The notes beneath the pieces were generated by a model that did not search any database, was not told where the DNA came from, and worked only from the letters and a program-made list of their open reading frames with translations. Shown piece by piece: positions 54,759 through 64,000 of a DNA stretch of 64,000 nt. Positions within the stretch are counted from its first letter, which is position 1. Each line of letters starts with the position of its first letter. This stretch comes from Thermococcus sp. JdFR-02 (GTDB taxonomy: Archaea; Methanobacteriota_B; Thermococci; Thermococcales; Thermococcaceae): positions 1-64,000 of the forward strand of contig MTLP01000031.1 of assembly GCA_002009975.1 (NCBI GenBank). Direction: 5' to 3'. The translations under genes were made by a program, and so were the position numbers.

Positions 54759-54990
54759 GGTTACCGCCTTCAGAAATGTTAAATTTTTAGGTAAAAAACT
54801 TTGCTGCATGTTTATGTTCATTTAACCTCAAGTTCGCTTTTAAGACTCTTAAAAAGTCAAGATAATTAATATTCTCCTTAGAATGCATGGATTTTTCACT
54901 CATCGCTTACGCTTAAAAATGAAGCTCAATGCTAAAAATTATAAGAGAGCATGACAAAAATCTAAGATTAGCTTTAAAACAGGGAAAGGG

Positions 54991-55863
54991 ATGATAAAGA
55001 TGATAGCTCAAGCTATTTTGATCTTGGTTGTGGTTTTTATAGCATTTGTTGCTTTTGTATCCTATAGATTAATAAAACCTCCAAGAGAAATCAGCACATG
55101 GACACCAAAGGATTTAGGTTTTGATTACAAAGAGTTTTGGCTCAAAACACGAGATAACTTAAAACTCCATGCTTGGTGGATTGATCAAGGAAATGAAAAA
55201 ACTATTATCCCTCTGCATGGTTACACTGCAAGTAAGTGGAATGAAACATATATGAAACCAATTATTGAGATTTTGCTCAAAGCGGGCTATAATCTTTTAG
55301 TCTTTGATTTTAGAACACATGGAAGAAGTGAAGGAAAATATACAACCATAGGAGACAAAGAGCTAATTGATTTAATTTCAGCAGTAGAGTGGCTTAAGGA
55401 AAATTATCCCAAGAAAGCCAAAAGAATTGGGTTAATTGGTTACTCAATGGGTGGAATTGTGACTATTAGGGCTTTGGCTGAAGATAAGAGAATCAATGTG
55501 GGAATTGCTGACAGTCCACCAGTATATATCGATAAAACTGGAGCTAGAGGGATAAAATATTTTGCAGGTCTTCCAACGTGGTTCTATCTCTTTATTAAGC
55601 CCCTTAGCAGGATTATAAGCAGAGGAAAAGAGATAGATATGATGGAATATGCAAACAAAATTAAAAAGCCCTTGCTTTTGATAGCTGGAGAAAAAGACCC
55701 CTTGGTATTGCAAGAGGAAATTAGGGAGTTTTACGAGCAGAACAAAAAGATAAACCCCAACATAGAGTTATGGATCACCAACGCGAATCATGTGAGGACT
55801 ATACAAATAGCAAAAGAAGAATATGAAAAGAGAATTTTAGAGTTCTTTGAGAGATGGCTTTGA
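54991..55863 (+). CDS. Membrane-anchored alpha/beta hydrolase
   Basis: LHGY, DFRTHGRS, GYSMGG nucleophile elbow, GEKD, NH. Confidence 0.9.
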   Translation: MIKMIAQAILILVVVFIAFVAFVSYRLIKPPREISTWTPKDLGFDYKEFWLKTRDNLKLHAWWIDQGNEKTIIPLHGYTASKWNETYMKPIIEILLKAGYNLLVFDFRTHGRSEGKYTTIGDKELIDLISAVEWLKENYPKKAKRIGLIGYSMGGIVTIRALAEDKRINVGIADSPPVYIDKTGARGIKYFAGLPTWFYLFIKPLSRIISRGKEIDMMEYANKIKKPLLLIAGEKDPLVLQEEIREFYEQNKKINPNIELWITNANHVRTIQIAKEEYEKRILEFFERWL

Positions 55864-55872
55864 GTTCTCTTT

Positions 55873-57108
55873 TTACTCCAATCTCTTTACAACCCAATTA
55901 TAGAGCAATACAGCAATGGTCAAAGCCCCTAACGTTATTAAAGAAAGCCAAATTAGGTCTGGGATTATTTCACTCGCTGGTCTATTGTATAGCTCAAGCA
56001 GTCTTAAATCCTTTAAAGCTCTACCAAGAGGGAAATAATTAACGATCGGTTTTGCCCAAGAAGGGAGAACGCTCTCTGGTAAGACTATTCCAGCCAAAAA
56101 TAGAAGAGGCATTGATATAAAGTTCACTATAGCTGTAGTTGACTTTATGCTCCTTGTGAGCATTGCGATGCTCAATCCAAGACTCATTGAAAAGAGCGAT
56201 GCTATAAAGATTAAACTCCATCCCAAGAAACTTGGATAAATTGTTTCGCCAAAGACTAACCTTGAATAGAAAATACCTATCACTATGCTGATCATTATGA
56301 TAAAAAATGTGGAGAGCATTTTTCCAAGAAGAAAATCCCAAGCGGTTGCAGGAGATGCTGCAATTCTCCTCAAAGTCCCCTTTTCTATTTCCTCAAGTGT
56401 TCCATTTCCTATAGTGAGCATCGTCGCAAATAAGAATTGAATTCCAATGAAGCTTGTGACATAAAATTGTATTGGAGTTGCAGTTTCACCTTCTACTGTT
56501 TTCTCTTCAATCACAAGAGGCTCAGCACTTGCAAGCATATATTCCCTAATCTGCTCAACTGTGAGATTATGCCTCTCAATAATTTCCTTTGGAATGTAAG
56601 CTTCCATGTACTTAAACTGCATCTCCAAGCTTCTCTTTTTCATCTCCTTCTCAAACTCTGAGAAAAATCCTTTGACAATACCGCTTGTTATTTGATAATC
56701 CTGGGGATCTGTTTTATCAAAATACATGTAAATCTTTGCCTGTCTTCCGCCTGAGACATTTGCACCAAATCCCTTGGAAAAAACTACTACAGCATCTACT
56801 CGCCCACTTTTCAATGATTCAATTGCCCCGCTCTCGTTTTTAAACTCGCTAACTTTGAAAAGAGGCACTCCTTCAAGAGTTACATTTTTCATTATCCCAA
56901 CCACATCATAGGCTGTAAAAGGAGAACTCTCATTGTAATAAACAACTCCAACTTTGAGAGTTATGGGCGGACTCTCACCTCCCCATATGCTTCCAAAAAG
57001 TGTGATCCACATAATTGGAAATATGAAAATCCAGAATAAAGCCATTTTCTCTCTTCTAATCTCACGCAAGTCTTTAAGAATAATTCCTTTAATCACCCGA
57101 AGCTTCAT
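55873..57108 (-). CDS. ABC-2 exporter permease with large extracellular loop
   Basis: EEIEKGTLRRI..SP; 1+5 TM layout. Confidence 0.88.
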   Translation of the reverse strand: MKLRVIKGIILKDLREIRREKMALFWIFIFPIMWITLFGSIWGGESPPITLKVGVVYYNESSPFTAYDVVGIMKNVTLEGVPLFKVSEFKNESGAIESLKSGRVDAVVVFSKGFGANVSGGRQAKIYMYFDKTDPQDYQITSGIVKGFFSEFEKEMKKRSLEMQFKYMEAYIPKEIIERHNLTVEQIREYMLASAEPLVIEEKTVEGETATPIQFYVTSFIGIQFLFATMLTIGNGTLEEIEKGTLRRIAASPATAWDFLLGKMLSTFFIIMISIVIGIFYSRLVFGETIYPSFLGWSLIFIASLFSMSLGLSIAMLTRSIKSTTAIVNFISMPLLFLAGIVLPESVLPSWAKPIVNYFPLGRALKDLRLLELYNRPASEIIPDLIWLSLITLGALTIAVLLYNWVVKRLE

Positions 57109-57995
57109 TCCAATCCCCTCCCTGTAAGCTCTAAGAATACGTCTTCTAAAGTTGGCTCTTCAACTTTTACTGCTTTAATCTGCGAGCCTTCTTTAATGAG
57201 AATTTCAATTATCTTGGGCAAAGCTTGTCTCGGCTCTTTAACATGAATCCTTATGGAATTTTCTTTCTCTAAAACTCTTGGAAAGTTGTTTTTTAGCTTT
57301 TCAGCTCCTTTTAAAAGTCCTTCAACTTGAACTATACTCTCTTCCCCAAGCATTTCTTTAAGCTCTTTTGGAGTTCCGACTGCTATTATCTTTCCTTCAT
57401 TTATTATCGCAATCCTGTCAGCTAAAATCTCAGCCTCCTCCATGTAATGAGTGGCAAGTAAAATTGTCTTTCCTTCCTCTTTAAACTGCTTTATCTCCTC
57501 CCAAAGCTTCCTCCTTGATGGAACGTCTAATCCTGTCGAAGGTTCATCCAAAATCAGGATTTTTGGATCATACAAAAGTGAAATCGCCAAATTAAGTCTT
57601 CTTTTAAATCCTCCACTCAATTCTTTCGCCTTCTTCTTTGGAGGTAAATTAAAGCGTTTTATTAACTCACTAACCTTTTTCTTTGGAGCATCATATAAGT
57701 CAGCATAGAAGTTTAAATTCTCCTCAACCGTCAAGAGATTGTAAGCTATACTCTCTTGGGAAACATAACCAATCAATCTCCGCGTTCTCTTTGATATGGA
57801 CTCTCCAAAAATTCTTATCTCACCTTCGTCATATTTCAAACCTTCTGCAAGAATTCTCATTAAAGTGGTTTTTCCAGCACCATTAGGACCTAAAAGTCCA
57901 AATATTTCCCCTTCTTCAACTTCAAGATCAATTCCTTTCAAAGCTTGAAAATCACCATAGCTTTTCTTTAGATTTTTAATTTCAACCGCATACAT
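57105..57995 (-). CDS. ABC exporter ATP-binding protein
   Basis: GPNGAGKTT, LSGGFKRR, ILDEP, THYMEEA. Confidence 0.93.
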   Translation of the reverse strand: MYAVEIKNLKKSYGDFQALKGIDLEVEEGEIFGLLGPNGAGKTTLMRILAEGLKYDEGEIRIFGESISKRTRRLIGYVSQESIAYNLLTVEENLNFYADLYDAPKKKVSELIKRFNLPPKKKAKELSGGFKRRLNLAISLLYDPKILILDEPSTGLDVPSRRKLWEEIKQFKEEGKTILLATHYMEEAEILADRIAIINEGKIIAVGTPKELKEMLGEESIVQVEGLLKGAEKLKNNFPRVLEKENSIRIHVKEPRQALPKIIEILIKEGSQIKAVKVEEPTLEDVFLELTGRGLE

Positions 57996-58057
57996 GTACT
58001 CACCAAAAGGATTTTAACACCTCAAATTATTAAAAGGATGTAGTCTTTCTGAAATTC

Positions 58058-58119
58058 AGAAGGGATGATGATCGTTAGCCACTCTGAGGGATGAAGAAAA
58101 GAGGGTTAACTGACCTTCT
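58058..58119 (+). ncRNA. Box C/D methylation-guide sRNA
   Basis: C ATGATGA 58065-71, D' CTGA 58084-87, C' ATGAAGA 58091-97, D CTGA 58110-13, two 12-nt guides, terminal stem AGAAGG/CCTTCT. Confidence 0.9.
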
Positions 58120-58744
58120 CAGCTCTTCCTAAAAGCTCATGTTCTACCAAAGCAACTATGTCGTTATGGATATCCTCTACAGGTGCGAGAGCATTTACGA
58201 TCCTGATCTCTTTAAATTTCTCGGCTAATTTCAAATAATTCTGTCTGACTCTCTTTTGAAGCTCTGTTATTTTGTCAAACTCGCTCTTAATTTTCCTACC
58301 ATCTATTCTTTTCATACTCTCTTTTACAGGTAAATCCAACAATATAGTTAAATCGGGACGAATAGCGAAAGAATTAATGTTAATAAGCCATTCTAAATCG
58401 AGACCACGTGCCCATTGATAAGCCAGAGACGAATAGAAATACCTATCAGAAATGACAACTTTTCCTTGCTTTAGAGCTGGTTCAATCAATTTTTTAACAT
58501 GTTCAGCCCTATCTGCGGCAAAGAGCAAAGCTTCAGCCTCATGACTAATTTTCGCACCATCAATAATACCCTCTCTTCCACCAGTTAAGACTAATCTTCT
58601 AATTAACTTTCCAAAATCAGTATCTGTTGGCTCTTTTGTCAAGACAACTTCGTATCCAATGTTCTCAAACCATTTAGCCAATAATTTAGCTTGAGTTGAT
58701 TTTCCTGCACCATCAATGCCTTCTATGACTATGAACATGCCCAT
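58106..58744 (-). CDS. tmk: Thymidylate kinase
   Basis: [31 protein letters not shown]. Confidence 0.96.
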   Translation of the reverse strand: MGMFIVIEGIDGAGKSTQAKLLAKWFENIGYEVVLTKEPTDTDFGKLIRRLVLTGGREGIIDGAKISHEAEALLFAADRAEHVKKLIEPALKQGKVVISDRYFYSSLAYQWARGLDLEWLININSFAIRPDLTILLDLPVKESMKRIDGRKIKSEFDKITELQKRVRQNYLKLAEKFKEIRIVNALAPVEDIHNDIVALVEHELLGRAEKVS

Positions 58745-58842
58745 CCCCACACCTCCACAAATAAGAAGGACCGCTGTTAAATGATAGAGGATACAGTATT
58801 TAATTCTTTTTCGTCAAAATTTTGCTAAAACCGGGAAGAGGT

Positions 58843-59544
58843 TTAAAGGGAGCGCAGATAATCTAAGAGCTTCCACATACTCTTGAAACTCTTTTCCTCT
58901 TCCCCATAAAATTCCACTACCCCTTCTGGCTTGAAGCGTAAGCCAAATATGTAGTTCCCTTTCTTAAGTTTTTGAAGAAATACTTCTTTGGGCTTTGGTG
59001 GAACATAACTCGTCATCATATCGTTTATTAATTCTGCTTCAAAACCAAAGTGCTCGTTAAATCTTGGGAAGAGCAAAACGGCTGGAGTGTTCATACAATC
59101 AACAAGAACTTTTCCTTCAAGCTTGATGTTGTAGTGCTTAAAGACTTCATGGAGAAAGTCCTCAAGGGCATTTGGATAATAAACCGTTGCGCCTATGTCA
59201 TTTGGAGGAGCTTCGATAAAATTCTTGCTTTCTATTATAGCATCTATTTCATCCACATCAATTCCTCCAACTTCAACTCTAACCCCTTTGTGATAGTAGA
59301 TGTAAGCCAGGGGAAGTCCCTTTTTGTGGGCAAAATCTCTGAGAACTATAAGTGGAATTAATCGCACATCCATTATAGCAGAGCCAGTGCTAACAACACC
59401 AACAACTAGTGCTCTCTTACCATATCGTGAAATTGCCCTTCCATCTCTTCCAACAATTATTGTCCCTTGAGTCACTGTTCCAACTGCCCTTCCTAATAGA
59501 GCCAACTCTTCTGGATTAAACTTTTCGGAATGGTAAATTTCCAT
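58843..59544 (-). CDS. Short phosphomannomutase-like protein lacking the catalytic SHN motif
   Basis: VGRDGRAISR and VLVDCMN resemble alpha-D-phosphohexomutase domains I-II; only 233 aa. Confidence 0.7.
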   Translation of the reverse strand: MEIYHSEKFNPEELALLGRAVGTVTQGTIIVGRDGRAISRYGKRALVVGVVSTGSAIMDVRLIPLIVLRDFAHKKGLPLAYIYYHKGVRVEVGGIDVDEIDAIIESKNFIEAPPNDIGATVYYPNALEDFLHEVFKHYNIKLEGKVLVDCMNTPAVLLFPRFNEHFGFEAELINDMMTSYVPPKPKEVFLQKLKKGNYIFGLRFKPEGVVEFYGEEEKSFKSMWKLLDYLRSL

Positions 59545-59555
59545 TTTTTATCACC

Positions 59556-60641
59556 TCAATCTGGCAATATTATGCTTTCTTTCCCAATTCTTGATTCAAC
59601 CCAAATCTTGATATTAGCGCCAATTTTCGTGAACTCTTCAATAACACTGTTATCCCCAATAACGCTACCTTCTTCAATTACAGCACCTTTACCTATATAG
59701 ACATTCTCTCCAATTATTGCTTCCCTTATTTCAGCCCCTTCTTCAATTACAGTATTTGAAAATATTACAGAGCGTTCTATTTTAACATTTCTCCCAATTT
59801 CAACATTATCACCTATCACAGCAAATCCTCTCACATTAAAGCGTCTAAGTCTACATCTCTTTCCTGTAAATATCGCTCCTCCATATTCAATGTTCCCTTT
59901 TAAGGTGTCTACTCTAATCTCTCTAAGCCTTAACTTTCCAAAGAAGGCATCTTCAGTTGCCTGCAAATAGCTCGAAGGTCTCCCAACATCATTCCAATAT
60001 TCTTTAAATGGAAACCCATATAATGGTAAATTTTCCTCGAGCATCTTTGGGAATAGGTTTAGAGAATAATCAAAATTTTCCCCCTTAGGAACTAAGTCAA
60101 AAACCTCTGGTTCAAAAACATAAATTCCAGCATTGACGAGATTGCTAAAGGCTTCTTCAGGTTTTGGCTTTTCTTTAAACCTCAATATTCTATTATCGCT
60201 ATCTACGATTGCAACACCGTATTGTGTAGGATCTTCAACTTGAGAAAGGGCAATTGTAGCTAAGGCTTTTTTCTTTTTATGGAACTCAAAAAGCTCTATT
60301 AAGGTAAGATTTGTCAAAACATCACTTGAAGCCACTATAAAAGTATCATCTATTTTATCCACAACCTTTTTAGTCGCACCAGCTGTTCCAAGATTTATAT
60401 TTTCTCCATTAGAATAATGTATCTCTATTCCATACTCACTACCATCCCCAAAATAATTCATAATCCTCTCTTTTAGATATCCAACTAAGACAAATACCTC
60501 ATCAACCCCAGCTTCAATTAGGTTCCTAAGAATATATTCCATCATAGGCTTATTAAAAAATGGTATCATGGGTTTAGGTCTGTAAACTGTTAAAGGAAGC
60601 AATCTTGTTCCTTTTCCACCTGCCATAAGGACTGCTTGCAT
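59556..60641 (-). CDS. NDP-sugar pyrophosphorylase (mannose-1-phosphate guanylyltransferase-like) with hexapeptide tail
   Basis: MAGGKGTRLLPLT..RPKPM, LGTAG, FKEKP, NAGIY, WNDVG; left-handed beta-helix repeats. Confidence 0.9.
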   Translation of the reverse strand: MQAVLMAGGKGTRLLPLTVYRPKPMIPFFNKPMMEYILRNLIEAGVDEVFVLVGYLKERIMNYFGDGSEYGIEIHYSNGENINLGTAGATKKVVDKIDDTFIVASSDVLTNLTLIELFEFHKKKKALATIALSQVEDPTQYGVAIVDSDNRILRFKEKPKPEEAFSNLVNAGIYVFEPEVFDLVPKGENFDYSLNLFPKMLEENLPLYGFPFKEYWNDVGRPSSYLQATEDAFFGKLRLREIRVDTLKGNIEYGGAIFTGKRCRLRRFNVRGFAVIGDNVEIGRNVKIERSVIFSNTVIEEGAEIREAIIGENVYIGKGAVIEEGSVIGDNSVIEEFTKIGANIKIWVESRIGKESIILPD

Positions 60642-60817
60642 AATTACACCACATAAAGTCTATCCTCTCGATAGGTTAAATATTTAGTGGTTTGATGGAT
60701 GATAAACGACTAAAAACAACAAAGATACCAATATAACTTTCTGAAAGAATGCCAATGTCAAATAGGAAAGACTAATAAATGGAAGGCATAATAAGATTTG
60801 AGTGGTGAATAGGAACA

Positions 60818-61435
60818 ATGGAGGATATAGAGGAGTTTGAGTATGAGCCGAGAAGTGTTAAAGAGTTATTTATTGAGATGAAAAACATCGTTGAGTTGAT
60901 GGTTGACCTTGCGTATTCATCAATTCTCTTTGGAGATAAGGAAATAGCTGAAGAAGTTCTTGATTTGGAAGAACGGATGGATTTGCTTAATTATCAAATG
61001 ATGGTTCATGCTGTTCTCGCTGCAAGGAATGTAAAAGAAGCAGAAAAAGTAACGTCTATACTCCAAATGGCAAACGCAATAGAAGACATTTCAAATGCAG
61101 CTGGAGATTTAGCTAAAATGGTTCTTGAGGGATTGGAACCTCATCCAGTTATAAAGGAGGCAATATTGGAGAGTGAAGAAATCATTGCAAAGATAACTGT
61201 GACTCCCAATTCAATTTTAGCCGGGAAAACCCTTGGTGAATTAAAATTAGCAAGCAATACTGGGGTTTGGATAATAGCTGTAAGGAGAGGCAAAAGGTGG
61301 ATATTTGCACCTGACAAAGACTTTAGGATAAAACCTTTGGATGTATTAATTGGAAGAGGCACCCACACATCAATAGAGCACTTAAAGGAGATAGCGAGAG
61401 GAGTTATAAGGGTGGTTGGTCATGAAAGAGCTTGA
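60818..61435 (+). CDS. PhoU-like plus TrkA-C (RCK_C) domain protein
   Basis: EMKN..ELMVDLAYS helical bundle plus GKTLGELKL...TGVWIIAVRRG. Confidence 0.85.
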   Translation: MEDIEEFEYEPRSVKELFIEMKNIVELMVDLAYSSILFGDKEIAEEVLDLEERMDLLNYQMMVHAVLAARNVKEAEKVTSILQMANAIEDISNAAGDLAKMVLEGLEPHPVIKEAILESEEIIAKITVTPNSILAGKTLGELKLASNTGVWIIAVRRGKRWIFAPDKDFRIKPLDVLIGRGTHTSIEHLKEIARGVIRVVGHERA

Positions 61436-62024
61436 AGAGATAAAGGATATTTTAATTGAGATGAAAAATCTCTCATCTCTAATGATAGATTTGGCTTTTT
61501 CATCTGTCATGTATAACAGTGAGGACATTGCTGATGAGGTTTATATTTTAGAGGATAAAGTAGATGATCTAACCTTAAAAGTTAAGAAACTTGCATTGAA
61601 TGCTGCAAAATATGAAGAAAATCCAGATAAGCTTCTAAGCATAATAGAAATGGCTACAATAAATGAGCAAATTTCGGATTCTGCCTACGAAATAGCAGAT
61701 TTGGTTTTAAGAGATGTTGAACCTCACCCAATAATAAGAAAGATCATGCACGATGTTGAAGAGGAGATTGGTAGAGTTAAGGTAAATGAAGGCTCCATCC
61801 TCATAGGACAAACACTAAAACAGCTCAAGTTACCAACAAAGATAGGAGTTAAGATTTTGGCGATAAAAAGAGGAACCCGCTACATATATAACCCAAGCAA
61901 AGATGAGGAGATAAAAGAGGGAGATATTTTAATCGCTGTAGGTTCTGGGATTGATAGACTTAGAGAGCTCTCAAATGAGGTAGAAGAAGAGGGAGAGATG
62001 TTTGAAGAGGAAGAAGAGGAGTGA
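61422..62024 (+). CDS. PhoU-like plus TrkA-C domain protein (tandem paralog)
   Basis: EMKNLSSLMIDLAFS; GQTLKQLKL..KIGVKILAIKRG. Confidence 0.85.
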   Translation: MKELEEIKDILIEMKNLSSLMIDLAFSSVMYNSEDIADEVYILEDKVDDLTLKVKKLALNAAKYEENPDKLLSIIEMATINEQISDSAYEIADLVLRDVEPHPIIRKIMHDVEEEIGRVKVNEGSILIGQTLKQLKLPTKIGVKILAIKRGTRYIYNPSKDEEIKEGDILIAVGSGIDRLRELSNEVEEEGEMFEEEEEE

Positions 62025-62064
62025 TTTTAATTTGCAGCATAGTGCTCAACTCTAGAACACCTTA

Positions 62065-62619
62065 TCACCGATAGTCTAATGAGATTTCTACGCTATAATT
62101 GGCTTCACCCCAGATATTTACTACTAACGTCTTAATTTTAACCTTTGGATTAATTTCAAGAACAGGCTGTGCAAGGATATCGAAACATCCTGCTTCAGAC
62201 CTACATTCCTTATCGTCGCAAATCTTCCAACTTGGTCTTGGATCACATTTGTAAAAGTAAAACTTCAGGAAGAGGGTCTCATTTTCATAAGCACAAGTCG
62301 TTAGGTTGAAAAAGGGATTTCCAGCACCATAGAATCCAAAAATTATGGTAATTTTATTATCCTTAATTAGCACACTACTATTATTAACTCTTGTCCTATT
62401 TCCTTTGGGAATTTCTTCAAAGAAGGGCAATATCCTTCTGTATTCAACAAAATTAGAGCAGTTAGATTGCCAAATGGAGGGCTTTCTCACGACTTTAAAA
62501 TGTTCATTCATGCTTATGTTGTTTGGGGTGGTTTCATTAATACTTATTTCCCGATTGTGATAAAAGAAAACAGCAACAAGCAAAAGCAGAAAAAGGGATA
62601 TTAAAGCTTTCTTGAACAT
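62065..62619 (-). CDS. Membrane-anchored Cys-containing hypothetical protein (paralog of 63394..63933)
   Basis: N-terminal TM; shares WQ.NCS.FV.Y, PKGN, FYGA, FNLT.CAYENETLFLKF. Confidence 0.8.
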   Translation of the reverse strand: MFKKALISLFLLLLVAVFFYHNREISINETTPNNISMNEHFKVVRKPSIWQSNCSNFVEYRRILPFFEEIPKGNRTRVNNSSVLIKDNKITIIFGFYGAGNPFFNLTTCAYENETLFLKFYFYKCDPRPSWKICDDKECRSEAGCFDILAQPVLEINPKVKIKTLVVNIWGEANYSVEISLDYR

Positions 62620-62731
62620 CTTGAGACACCTCAGGTATTACTTTCAAATCTTATCTAGTGTTAACCTTCATATTTTCATTTTTCGATAATTAAGTTATTG
62701 TTAAAATCTATGTAAACTTCTTTTTAAGACA

Positions 62732-63154
62732 TTAATCCTTAAAGACAAAAATTTCTGTTTTTGTAACCTTCTTCAAAAACTCAACTTTTAAGCCGCCATA
62801 ACCAACAAATTCACACCCCACCATTGTATCATTAGTTAAATTATATCTGTTCCTAGTTAAATTGAACACTTCCTCACATCTGTCATTAAGCCAAATTTTT
62901 ACCTCTACAGTTTCATTTCCCTTTTTGCATTCTATCGCAGTTATCTTATCAATCAAAAAATTCTCCTCAAATAAAACTGCCCCAACAATGGAGCCTACGG
63001 AAATTGTCCTATTGTCAACAATTTTTGTTTCACTCCAATTTGGAATTATCTCCACTAGGATATATTTCTCACAGGATAAGGGCGAATATTGAGGTTTATG
63101 CATTATCAACAAGAAAATAATGAGAAAAAGAAGGATTAACACTTTCCTAAACAT
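62732..63154 (-). CDS. Membrane-anchored hypothetical protein
   Basis: MFRKVLILL N-terminal anchor similar to that of 62065..62619; 4 Cys; NxS/T sequons. Confidence 0.7.
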   Translation of the reverse strand: MFRKVLILLFLIIFLLIMHKPQYSPLSCEKYILVEIIPNWSETKIVDNRTISVGSIVGAVLFEENFLIDKITAIECKKGNETVEVKIWLNDRCEEVFNLTRNRYNLTNDTMVGCEFVGYGGLKVEFLKKVTKTEIFVFKD

Positions 63155-63276
63155 TATGATACACCCCATGTTACATCACTCATTACTACTTCATTTAGTT
63201 CAGTCACACAGGAACTAGGAATCATTTACTATACTGTTATGACAAATTTTCCTTATATTTCTCTTTGTTATTTGTT

Positions 63277-63387
63277 CTAAGAGATTTCAATACTACAATT
63301 AGTATCATTATACATACAAACAGTCAACTTCTTAAGTTTGATTTTTAGTGTAATCTCAAGAATTGAGGATGCCAAGTCTCACAATTG
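63277..63387 (-). pseudogene. Decayed C-terminal fragment of a further paralog
   Basis: Hand translation LASSILEITLKIKLKKLTVCMYNDTNCSIEIS* aligns with LAQPVLEINPKVKIKTLVVNIWGEANYSVEISL. Confidence 0.65.
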
Positions 63388-63393
63388 TTGCGG

Positions 63394-63933
63394 TTATTTT
63401 TCACCTTCATGCCATTCCAGCGGATATCTCAGTGGAATTTCGAGTGTATAACGAAGCTTTCCCCAAGTTTGTATTACAAGCTTTTTGGCTTTTACTTTAG
63501 GAGTTATCTCAAGGATTGGAGGCTCTTTAATATCCAAGCATGTCCAAGTCACAGAAGAGACTTTGTTGTGATAGTAACAATCACCAAACTGAAACTTTAA
63601 AAAGAGTGTTTCATTCTCATAAGCACAAGAAGTCAAGTTAAAGTAATGGGGTATTGCTCCATAAAATCTCTCTTTTCTGAAAATTACTATAATTGTGCCA
63701 TTTTTGATTAATACCTCGCTATCCTCAACTTCTGTCCAATTTCCCTTAGGAACCCCTTCAACCGGTCTAAAAATCACCTTATAATCCACAAAGTCAGAGC
63801 AGTTAGGTTGCCAAGCAGGAAATTCTCTGGTTTTTGGGGAAATGTCAGTGTTGTGTTTTCCAACATTCCAAGTAACTATGATGATAACAAAAAGAAAAAG
63901 GAAAGTTAAAAATATTTGAACATTTCTTCGCAT
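63394..63933 (-). CDS. Membrane-anchored Cys-containing hypothetical protein (paralog of 62065..62619)
   Basis: ATG 63933 after GAAGGTG SD; shared motifs as above. Confidence 0.8.
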   Translation of the reverse strand: MRRNVQIFLTFLFLFVIIIVTWNVGKHNTDISPKTREFPAWQPNCSDFVDYKVIFRPVEGVPKGNWTEVEDSEVLIKNGTIIVIFRKERFYGAIPHYFNLTSCAYENETLFLKFQFGDCYYHNKVSSVTWTCLDIKEPPILEITPKVKAKKLVIQTWGKLRYTLEIPLRYPLEWHEGEK

Positions 63934-64000
63934 TTTAAACACCTTCAACTAATATCAAGCACTATTCCCAAATCCTCTTCAATTCCATCAATAGGGCTAT

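Noticed and set aside
63945-64000. 3' end of an upstream minus-strand gene at the window edge
   Set aside because: Two frames are open over only about 13-18 codons; it cannot be assigned.

Overview
AT-rich chromosomal window from a hyperthermophilic archaeon of the order Thermococcales. This is inferred from the thermosome, archaeal RNA polymerase subunits, aEF-1alpha/aEF-2, RtcB-archease, very GC-rich tRNAs with encoded CCA, BRE/TATA promoters and GGAGGTGA-type Shine-Dalgarno (SD) sites. The core block is rpoH-B-A'-A''-L30e-nusA-S12-S7-EF2-(inserted gene)-EF1a-S10-tRNA-Ser, plus a five-tRNA cluster, gcvPA/PB, moaC, panB, tmk and bud32. Five accessory loci stand out. (1) An inverted four-gene cassette (cationic secreted peptide, two small membrane proteins, SpoIIM/DUF95 protein) sits inside an ABC-exporter/NEW3-protein cluster and looks like an archaeal circular-bacteriocin-like system. 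(2) An IscS-TusA-IscU(DUF59-like) operon has an IscS lacking the PLP lysine and catalytic histidine but keeping the cysteine. (3) A glpQ-glpK-ABC importer-HAD-DHH-gpsA block has a bacterial-type NAD(P)-dependent G3P dehydrogenase and a GlpK with altered glycerol-pocket residues. (4) An unannotated box C/D sRNA is predicted to methylate 23S helix 69. (5) An array of paralogous membrane-anchored proteins includes a decayed extra copy. No CRISPR array, transposase, integrase, rRNA or intein was seen. All family calls come from motif recognition by eye; no database search was run. Several start codons were re-picked from SD position and differ from the supplied ORF track.
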